In this document: in pieces, positions 57,071 through 64,000 of the stretch
Layout of the letters: each line of letters starts with the position of its first letter
Position numbering within the stretch: the first letter of the stretch is position 1
DNA from: Armatimonadota bacterium
GTDB lineage: Bacteria > Armatimonadota > SYMT01
Length of the DNA stretch: 64,000 bases
Assembly: GCA_041690135.1 (NCBI GenBank)
Contig: JAWLHY010000003.1
Span: 384,001 to 448,000 of the forward strand
Direction of reading: 5' to 3'
Position numbers and translations under genes: made by a program
Notes under the pieces: generated by a model
The model's input: the letters and a program-made list of their open reading frames with translations, nothing else
Told to the model about the DNA's origin: nothing
The model's database searches: none

Positions 57071-57319
57071 ATGGAAGTAATCGAGGACTCCAGAGCCCAG
57101 GAAGTCTACGAGCGGCACGTGCGCACGCTCAGCCCCACCGCGCAACTGCGCCTGATGGCTTTAACGGCTCAGGGCCTGGCGGAGAGTGAGGGCGGAGAGG
57201 CACCCCCGCGCCGGAGTATCATGGAGCTTTGCGGTTTAGGATCCGAAATCTGGCGCGGCGTTGATGCTCAACAGTACGTGAACGAGCTTCGAAGCGAGTG
57301 GGACGACCAGCCGCAATGA
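57071..57319 (+). CDS. Antitoxin of a PIN-domain TA pair
   Basis: 82 aa, RSIMEL.GLG.EIW.GVDAQ.YV.ELR.EWD; ATGA overlap with the toxin gene. Confidence 0.85.
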   Translation: MEVIEDSRAQEVYERHVRTLSPTAQLRLMALTAQGLAESEGGEAPPRRSIMELCGLGSEIWRGVDAQQYVNELRSEWDDQPQ

Positions 57320-57762
57320 AGGTCGATGAGGCGCTTCGCGGCGTGTCGAGAATAGCACTGGACACGGCGCCCGTCATCTACTTCATTGAGAGGCACCCAG
57401 CTTACATTACACGGGTCACCGAGGTGTTTCAAGAGATCGATCGGGGGCACCTGGAAGGGTACACTTCTGCTGTCAGCCTGTGCGAGGTTCTGGTTCACCC
57501 GATCCGGCAGGGCAATAACACCCTGGCCCACACCTACCAGGAATTACTCCTCGGCAGTGCAAATTTCGTAACCGCCCCCATTGACTCCCGGGTCGCCGCC
57601 AAAGGTGCTGAACTGCGGGGGCGTTACAACCTACGCACGCCGGACGCCTTACAGATCGCCGTAGCCCTAGAGTTCGGGTGCCAGGCGTTTCTAACGAATG
57701 ACACCGGTTTCCGCAGGGTGGATGACCTAAGGGTGTTGGTGTTGGATGACTTGCAGGTGTAG
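57316..57762 (+). CDS. vapC: VapC-family PIN-domain toxin
   Basis: IALDTAPVIY, S..E.LV.P, LR..Y.LRTPDALQIA.A, FLTND. Confidence 0.92.
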   Translation: MKVDEALRGVSRIALDTAPVIYFIERHPAYITRVTEVFQEIDRGHLEGYTSAVSLCEVLVHPIRQGNNTLAHTYQELLLGSANFVTAPIDSRVAAKGAELRGRYNLRTPDALQIAVALEFGCQAFLTNDTGFRRVDDLRVLVLDDLQV

Positions 57763-57807
57763 TGGATAACTACCAGAACAACCCCTTATCGAGCGCCAAC
57801 CATCGAA

Positions 57808-58263
57808 ATGGCATATGAATACAGAGTAACGATTCGCGTTCAGTTCGCCGACACGGACCTCGCGGGGATCGTTCACTTTTCGAATTTCTTCCGCTACATG
57901 GAGACCGCCGAGCACGCCTTCTTCCGCTCGCTCGGCACCTCGATCCACGCAGAGCATGAGGGCCGCACCATCGGCTGGCCGCGGGTGAAGGCGACTTGCG
58001 AGTACCGGGCCCCGCTCAAGTTCGAGGACGAGGTGGAGGTCCATCTCCTCGTGCGGGAGAAGAAATCCAAGTCGTTGACCTACGACTTCATCTTCCGCAA
58101 GGTCAACGGCGATACTCCGGTGGAAGTCGCGCGGGGTTCGGTCACGGCCGTGTGCGTGACGCTGGACGAGCAGACCCGCCGGATGAAGGCAACCGCTATT
58201 CCCGACGCCATCTATAACCAGATCGAAGTGGCGCCGCACGAATTATTAGAAGGAGCAGCTTGA
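57808..58263 (+). CDS. Hotdog-fold acyl-CoA thioesterase (4HBT/YbgC family)
   Basis: RVQFADTD.AGIVHFSNFFRYME, C.YRAPLKFED. Confidence 0.92.
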   Translation: MAYEYRVTIRVQFADTDLAGIVHFSNFFRYMETAEHAFFRSLGTSIHAEHEGRTIGWPRVKATCEYRAPLKFEDEVEVHLLVREKKSKSLTYDFIFRKVNGDTPVEVARGSVTAVCVTLDEQTRRMKATAIPDAIYNQIEVAPHELLEGAA

Positions 58264-58823
58264 TGGGAGGCGCGCAGCAGCAGTCGGGCATGGCCTGGCT
58301 GGCATTCGCCCTGATGACGGTGGCGTCCTGGGGGGTTTACGGGGTCTTCCTGCACACCGGCCAGATGGCCATGCAGGACCCGGTCAATGGCCGGTACAAG
58401 GCGTTCCTCTTCGTGGGGATCGCCTACTTCCTCACGGCCGTGCTCGCTCCCCTGATCCTGCTGATGATGCGGGGGGCTTCGTGGGATATGCCCGCCCGGG
58501 GGATGACCTGGTCCCTGATCGCCGGGATCGTGGGGGCGATCGGCGCGTTCTGCGTGCTGCTCGCCTTCGGCGCGGGCGGGAAGCCGCCGTACGTAATGTC
58601 GATCGTCTTCGCCGGCGCGCCTATCGTCAACGCCGTCGTCTCCCTGGCGATGCACCCGCCGCACGGAGGCTGGTCGACGATCAAGCCGCAGTTCGTGCTC
58701 GGCATGGTGCTGGCCGCCGTCGGCGGTCTGCTGGTCACCCTCTACAAGCCGGCCGATAAGCCCGCGGCCAAGCCGGGAGCGCCGCCGGCCCACGCCGTGG
58801 TTTCGGAAGGGAAATCTGCGTGA
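58260..58823 (+). CDS. Single-domain EamA/DMT-like membrane protein (5 TM)
   Basis: WLAFALMTVASWGVYG, SLIAG..GAIG, VMSIVF.GAPIVN; coupled to both neighbours. Confidence 0.75.
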   Translation: MMGGAQQQSGMAWLAFALMTVASWGVYGVFLHTGQMAMQDPVNGRYKAFLFVGIAYFLTAVLAPLILLMMRGASWDMPARGMTWSLIAGIVGAIGAFCVLLAFGAGGKPPYVMSIVFAGAPIVNAVVSLAMHPPHGGWSTIKPQFVLGMVLAAVGGLLVTLYKPADKPAAKPGAPPAHAVVSEGKSA

Positions 58824-60115
58824 GTGCTGCGGAGTATCCCGACCGCAGCCGCCTGGAAGCCGAACAGCTCCGGCTGCTGCGTGGGATGATCGCGGAGCTG
58901 GTTCCCGCGAACCGCTTCTACAGCCGTAAATGGGAGGAGGCCGGGATCGCCGGCCTCCCCGCCTCCCTGGAGGAGTTCTCGCGCCTCTATCCGCTGACCC
59001 GGAAAGAAGAACTGGTGGAAGACCAGCGCGCGCAGCCTCCCTACGGTACCAATCTCACCTATCCGCTGGAGCGGTACACCCGCTTCCACCAGACCAGCGG
59101 CACCACCGGGCAGCCCCTGCGGTGGCTCGATACCAACGCCACCTGGAGCTGGATGGTCGATAACTGGGTCGAGGTGTTCCGTGCGTCCGGGGTGACCCAT
59201 CACGACCGGATCTTCTTTGCCTTTTCCTTCGGTCCGTTCCTCGGCTTCTGGACCGCTTTCGAAGCAGGGCTCCGCCTGGAAGCACTCTGTCTTCCCGGTG
59301 GTGGCATGAGCACCCAGGCGCGACTCCGGGCGATCCTCGATAACCAGGTCACCGCCCTGTGCTGCACGCCGACCTACGCGATCCGCCTGGGAGAAGAGGC
59401 GGCCGCGGAGGGCGTCGACCTCGGCCGGAGCATGGTGCGTACCATTGTGGTGGCCGGCGAGCCGGGGGCGGGTATTCCCGCCACGCGCGCCCGGATCGAG
59501 CGTCTCTGGCCGGGAGCGCGGCTGTGCGACCACCACGGCATGACGGAAGTCGGCCCGGTGACCTTCGAGTGTCCCGCCCGGCCCGGCGTGCTCCATGTGA
59601 TCGAGCGGAGCTTCATCGCCGAGGTGATCGATCCGGCGACCGGATCTCCCGTCCTTCCCGGAGAGATCGGCGAGCTCGTGCTGACGAACCTGGGGCGGGT
59701 CGGCTCCCCGTTGGTGCGGTACTGCACCGGCGACCAGGTCCGCCGTTCCATCTCCGAGCCGTGCGCCTGCGGACGCAGTGACTTCGCACTCGATGGCGGG
59801 ATCATGGGCCGGACCGACGACATGGTGGTGATCCGGGGCGTGAACGTTTACCCGACGGCGCTGGAGGCCATCGTGCGGAAATTCGAGCGGATCGCGGAGT
59901 ACCGCGCGGAGATCCATAGCGAGGGACCCATGCCGGAACTGCGAGTTCTGCTGGAACCGGTACCCGACTGTGGAGACGTAACCGCATTGGGAGCCGAAGT
60001 CGAGGCCGCCCTCCGCACGGCATTCAACCTCCGCACGCCGGTGTCCGTGGTTAGCCCGGGGTCGCTGCCCCGGTTCGAGCTCAAGGCCAAACGCTGGGTC
60101 CGCGTCGATCGTTGA
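58820..60115 (+). CDS. Phenylacetate-CoA ligase (PaaK)-like aryl-acid adenylating enzyme
   Basis: TSGTTG.P, TPTYA, AGEPG, HGMTEVG, RY.TGD, GRTDDM..IRGVNVYP, C-terminal KAKR. Confidence 0.92.
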   Translation: MSAAEYPDRSRLEAEQLRLLRGMIAELVPANRFYSRKWEEAGIAGLPASLEEFSRLYPLTRKEELVEDQRAQPPYGTNLTYPLERYTRFHQTSGTTGQPLRWLDTNATWSWMVDNWVEVFRASGVTHHDRIFFAFSFGPFLGFWTAFEAGLRLEALCLPGGGMSTQARLRAILDNQVTALCCTPTYAIRLGEEAAAEGVDLGRSMVRTIVVAGEPGAGIPATRARIERLWPGARLCDHHGMTEVGPVTFECPARPGVLHVIERSFIAEVIDPATGSPVLPGEIGELVLTNLGRVGSPLVRYCTGDQVRRSISEPCACGRSDFALDGGIMGRTDDMVVIRGVNVYPTALEAIVRKFERIAEYRAEIHSEGPMPELRVLLEPVPDCGDVTALGAEVEAALRTAFNLRTPVSVVSPGSLPRFELKAKRWVRVDR

Positions 60116-60121
60116 CGACCG

Positions 60122-60871
60122 GTGCGAGACCCCGAAGGAAACAGGAAAACGATCGTGCCCGAGTCCCTCCACAAACCCCTCCTGCAATTGAGCGGAATCG
60201 GCAAGAGCTACTCCGCCACGGGCGACGCGGCCGAGACGACCGTGCTGCGCGGCCTGGACCTGGAGCTGGCGCCCGGCGAAGCGGTGGTGATCATCGGTCC
60301 TTCCGGCTCCGGTAAGAGCACCCTGCTGAACATCCTGGGCACGCTCGACCGCCCCACCGCGGGGCAGATCCGGCTGGACGGGAAGGACCTCACCGGCCTG
60401 GACGAGAAGGCGCTGGCCGAGCTGCGCAGCCGGGAGATCGGGTTCGTTTTCCAGCTTCACCACCTGCTGCCGCAGTGCACCGTGCTGGAGAATGTGCTGG
60501 TGCCGACCCTCGCCGCCGGCGCGGTCCAGCGGAAGGAAAAGGCGGAAGCGCGGGCGCGACGTCTCCTGGAACGTGTCGGCCTGGGAGAGCGTCTTTCGCA
60601 CCGGCCCGGACAGCTTTCCGGTGGGGAGCGCCAGCGAGTGGCGGTGGTCCGCGCGCTCATCAATGAGCCGAAGCTGGTGCTGGCGGATGAACCCACCGGC
60701 TCTCTCGACCGGGCCTCCGCGGAAGTGCTCGCCGACCTGTTCGTGGCCCTCAACCAGGAGGAGGGGGTCAGCCTGGTGGTGGTGACGCACTCGATGGGCC
60801 TCGCGCGCCGCATGTCCCGCGTGCTCGAACTGCGCGACGGCGCCCTCGTGCCGGCAGAGCTACCGCAATGA
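60122..60871 (+). CDS. LolD/MacB-type ABC ATPase
   Basis: GPSGSGKSTLL, IGFVFQ.HHLL, LSGGERQRVA, LADEPTGSLD, VTH. Start may be GTG 60155. Confidence 0.95.
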   Translation: MRDPEGNRKTIVPESLHKPLLQLSGIGKSYSATGDAAETTVLRGLDLELAPGEAVVIIGPSGSGKSTLLNILGTLDRPTAGQIRLDGKDLTGLDEKALAELRSREIGFVFQLHHLLPQCTVLENVLVPTLAAGAVQRKEKAEARARRLLERVGLGERLSHRPGQLSGGERQRVAVVRALINEPKLVLADEPTGSLDRASAEVLADLFVALNQEEGVSLVVVTHSMGLARRMSRVLELRDGALVPAELPQ

Positions 60872-63800
60872 CTTTCCGCCAGCTCGTTCTCAGCGGTCTG
60901 CGCTTCCACTGGCGCTCCCACCTCGGGGTGCTGCTGGGCGCCATCCTCAGCACGGCCATCCTGGTCGGCGCGCTGGCGGTGGGGGACTCCGTCCGCTACA
61001 GCCTTCGCCGGATGGCGCTCCTGCGCCTGGGCGATACCCACCTGGCCCTCCACACCCAGGGACGGTTCTTCCGCACGCAACTGGCGGACGAGGTCTCCCA
61101 GGAAGTGGGCGCGCCGGTAGCGCCGCTGCTCATTCTGCGGGGCACGGCTTCCACCAACGGGGGCGAAACCCGGGCGAATCGGGTACAGGTGGTCGGCATC
61201 GACGACCGCTTCTGGAAGCTGGGGGCCACTGCGCCCTTGCTGCCCTCGGAAGGGGAGCCGGGCGTGGTGCTGAACCGGCGCCTCGCCGCGAAGCTGGGTG
61301 TGGAGGTCGGCGGCGAGGTGCTGCTGCGGGTCGACAAGCCGAGCCTGATGTCGCGAGACGCGCCGCTCTCCAGCATCGAGGACGCCACCTTTTCCGTTCA
61401 CCTGCCGGTGGCGGCCATCGCCGGCGACGAGCAGTTCGGGCGCTTCGGCCTGGAAGCGAACCAACTCCCCCCGTTCAACGCCTTCGTGCCCGCAAGTCTC
61501 CTGCAGGAGAACACGGACCTGAAGGGGCGGGTGAATGCGCTACTGGTGGGCCAGGACTCCGCCGGAAAGCTCACGCAGGCGGCGGCGAACGGCGCGCTCG
61601 GGAAGCACTGGAAGCTCGCCGACGCCAGTCTGCAGGTCCGGGAGCTGCCGGGCGCCGTGGAACTCCGGACCGACCGGGTTTTCGTCGACGAGGCGACGTC
61701 CAAGGCGGCTCTCTCGGCTCCCGGGGCGCGGGGCGTGCTCACCTATTTCGTGAACGAGCTGCGGCTGGGGTCGCGCGCGGCTCCGTACTCGATCGTGGCC
61801 GCCATGCAGGGCGGTCCCGTACCGGCCGGCCTTCGGGATAACGAGGTTGTCATCAACGACTGGCTCGCGGAGAACCTCGGGGCGAAGGTGGGGGACGAGC
61901 TCACCGTTACCTACTTCGTGGTCGGCGCGATGCGCCGCCTGGAAGAGCGCAAGACCCCCTTCCGGGTCGCGCGCATCGTCCCGATTGCCGGGGCGGCCGC
62001 GGACCGCGAGTTGATGCCGAACTTCCCTGGGGTGGCCGACAGCGAGAACTGCCGCGACTGGCGGCCCGGCATCCCAATCAACCTCAAGAAGATCCGCGAT
62101 GCGGACGAGACCTACTGGGACGCCCATCGCGGCACGCCCAAGGCGTTCATCACGCTGGCCGCCGGCCAGAAGATGTGGAACAACCGGTTCGGCAATCTCA
62201 CGGCCGTCCGCTACGATCCCCCCGCGCAGTCCCGCGCCTCGGTGGAAACGTCCCTCCGGGAGGCGCTCAATCCCGCCTCCATCGGTCTCTTCTTCCAGCC
62301 GGTCCGCAATCAGGCGCTGCAGGCCAGCTCCCAGGCCCTCGATTTCGGCCAGCTCTTCCTCGGCTTCAGCTTCTTCCTGATCGTGGCCGCCCTGCTGCTC
62401 ACGGCGCTCCTGTTCGCCTTCGGGGTAGAGCAGCGCTCGGAAGAGGTCGGCACCCTCCTCGCCGTGGGCTTCCAGCCGCGCCACGTCCAGCGGATGCTGC
62501 TGCTGGAGGGGGCGTCCCTGGCACTGGTGGCCGGGGGCATCGGCGCGTTCCTGGGAGTCTTCTACACCCAGGCCGTCGTGCAGGGCCTCTCCACCGTCTG
62601 GAGCGATGCGGTCGCCCAGTCCGAGCTCCGCTTCCATGCGGAGCCGCTCACCCTGGCGGGCGGGGCGATCGCCGGGTTCCTCGTGGCGCTCTTCTCCATC
62701 TGGCTGGTGGTCCGCAAGCAGGCCCGGGTCTCCGCGCGCGAACTGCTGGCTGCGGGCGCCGAGTCCGAGGCGCGCCTCTTCGGGGGCGGAGTTCCAACTC
62801 GGAAAGGGCTCCCCGGCGTGAAGACCGCGCTGGTCGGCATCCTCGGAGCGGTCGCCCTGAGTATCGCCGGAATCCTGGGCAGTCACGAGCACGCCGCCGG
62901 AATCTTCTTTGGGGCGGGGGGCCTGCTGCTGATCGGCGGCCTGGGCGCTTGCCGGGCGCTGCTCGCCCGCCTCGAACGGGGCGGACTGCGCGGGCCGCTC
63001 ACCCTCTCCGGGCTGGGCATGCGGAACAGCGTGCGCCGCCGCGGACGCAGCCTGGCCGTCATCAGCCTGCTGGCTTCCGGCAGTTTCCTGGTCGTCTCCA
63101 TCGGCGCCAGCCGCCACGATCCGCACGAGGGGGCGCTCAAGCGCTCTTCCGGGACCGGCGGGTTCGCCCTCTATGCCGAAACCACGCTGCCCGTCCATCA
63201 CGACCTGAACAGCACCGAGGGACAGGACGTGTACGGGCTGGATCCCAAAGAGTTGGGGAACGCGCGCATCCTGCCGCTGCGCCTGCGCGAGGGGGATGAG
63301 GCGAGCTGCCTTAACCTGAACCGCGCCCAGACCCCGCGAGTGCTGGGGGTGCAGCCGGCGGTCTTTGCCCAGGCCCACGCCTTCACCTTCACCAGCCTCA
63401 TCGACAAAGACGCCGCGCGCGATCCGTGGAGCGTGCTCACGCGTCCGGACCCCAGCGGCGCCGTGCCCGCGGTGGGGGACATGAACACCGTCGTCTGGGG
63501 CCTGGGGAAGGGAGTCGGCGCGACGCTCCCGATGACCGATGAAAGCGGCCGCCCCTTCGAGATCCGCATCGTCGGCATCCTGGCGAACTCCGTCCTCCAG
63601 GGGAGCCTGCTGATTGCGGAAGACCGCTTCATCGAGCGGTTCCCTTCCCAGAGCGGCTACCAGGTGTTCCTGATCGATCCGCCCGCCGCCGGCAGCAACG
63701 TGGAAGTGAAGGCCGTGGCGGAAGAGCTCTCTCGCAGCCTGGAAGACGCCGGGATGGACGTCACCCCCACGCCGGAGCGCCTGGCGGCCTTCAACTCCGT

Positions 63801-64000
63801 GGAGAACACCTATCTCTCCATCTTCGCGATCCTGGGCGGCCTGGGGATGATCCTCGGCAGCATCGGCCTTGGCGTGGTGGTCCTCCGCCACGTGCTGGAG
63901 CGCCGCGGCGAGTTGGGCCTTCTCCGGGCCGTAGGGTTCCGGTCGCAGGCTCTCCAGTGGCTCGTCTTCAGCGAGCACTCCCTGCTGCTGGTCCTCGGGT
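60868..64000 (+). CDS. Large double-FtsX-domain ABC permease (>1040 aa); 3' end outside the window
   Basis: Absent from the ORF track. ATG 60868 (ATGA overlap): MTFRQLVLSGLRFHWRSHLGVLLG...VGDSVR; EQRSEEVGTLLAVGF; second repeat NTYLSIF...LERRGELGLLRAVGF; no in-frame stop seen. Confidence 0.93.
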   Translation, partial: MTFRQLVLSGLRFHWRSHLGVLLGAILSTAILVGALAVGDSVRYSLRRMALLRLGDTHLALHTQGRFFRTQLADEVSQEVGAPVAPLLILRGTASTNGGETRANRVQVVGIDDRFWKLGATAPLLPSEGEPGVVLNRRLAAKLGVEVGGEVLLRVDKPSLMSRDAPLSSIEDATFSVHLPVAAIAGDEQFGRFGLEANQLPPFNAFVPASLLQENTDLKGRVNALLVGQDSAGKLTQAAANGALGKHWKLADASLQVRELPGAVELRTDRVFVDEATSKAALSAPGARGVLTYFVNELRLGSRAAPYSIVAAMQGGPVPAGLRDNEVVINDWLAENLGAKVGDELTVTYFVVGAMRRLEERKTPFRVARIVPIAGAAADRELMPNFPGVADSENCRDWRPGIPINLKKIRDADETYWDAHRGTPKAFITLAAGQKMWNNRFGNLTAVRYDPPAQSRASVETSLREALNPASIGLFFQPVRNQALQASSQALDFGQLFLGFSFFLIVAALLLTALLFAFGVEQRSEEVGTLLAVGFQPRHVQRMLLLEGASLALVAGGIGAFLGVFYTQAVVQGLSTVWSDAVAQSELRFHAEPLTLAGGAIAGFLVALFSIWLVVRKQARVSARELLAAGAESEARLFGGGVPTRKGLPGVKTALVGILGAVALSIAGILGSHEHAAGIFFGAGGLLLIGGLGACRALLARLERGGLRGPLTLSGLGMRNSVRRRGRSLAVISLLASGSFLVVSIGASRHDPHEGALKRSSGTGGFALYAETTLPVHHDLNSTEGQDVYGLDPKELGNARILPLRLREGDEASCLNLNRAQTPRVLGVQPAVFAQAHAFTFTSLIDKDAARDPWSVLTRPDPSGAVPAVGDMNTVVWGLGKGVGATLPMTDESGRPFEIRIVGILANSVLQGSLLIAEDRFIERFPSQSGYQVFLIDPPAAGSNVEVKAVAEELSRSLEDAGMDVTPTPERLAAFNSVENTYLSIFAILGGLGMILGSIGLGVVVLRHVLERRGELGLLRAVGFRSQALQWLVFSEHSLLLVLG

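Noticed and set aside
61540-63978. 812-aa minus-strand ORF, and similar long ORFs such as 58742-60790, 53547-55037, 49239-50723, 35528-37039, 18945-20405 and 10895-12184
   Set aside because: These are antisense shadows of well-supported genes in high-GC DNA and contain no recognisable motifs.

Overview
High-GC, gene-dense bacterial DNA. The mix of SLH protein, stand-alone MshEN, DUF1501, sulfatase, many beta-propellers and Uma2 is suggestive of Armatimonadota or a planctomycete-like lineage, which is an inference only. About 55 credible CDS were found and no rRNA, tRNA, CRISPR array or transposase was seen. The left part holds a sulfatase, TauE, ndh, greA, an Eis-like GNAT, PBP1A, a NAGPA-like glycosidase, TldE and a GPH symporter. 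About 24.3-31.1 kb is a co-oriented array of short immunity/antitoxin-like genes. About 34-44 kb holds an interrupted livKHM-livG-livF operon and gcvH with a lipoyl ligase. The best candidate for an undescribed system is the co-oriented cluster at 44.3-64 kb, open at the right edge. It combines an SSS importer, a GriC/GriD(EhpF/EhpG)-like two-part carboxylate reductase, an Fe-alcohol dehydrogenase, a HemN-like radical SAM enzyme, a chorismate-lyase-like protein, a CxxC-bearing GT4, a hotdog thioesterase, a PaaK-like ligase, two secreted beta-propellers and a LolD/FtsX-type ABC system. Other notable signals are a near-perfect sigma-54 promoter feeding a ~59-nt terminated candidate sRNA after greA, and many families of intergenic short-period and palindromic repeats. 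All family calls come from motif recognition by eye; no database searches were run.
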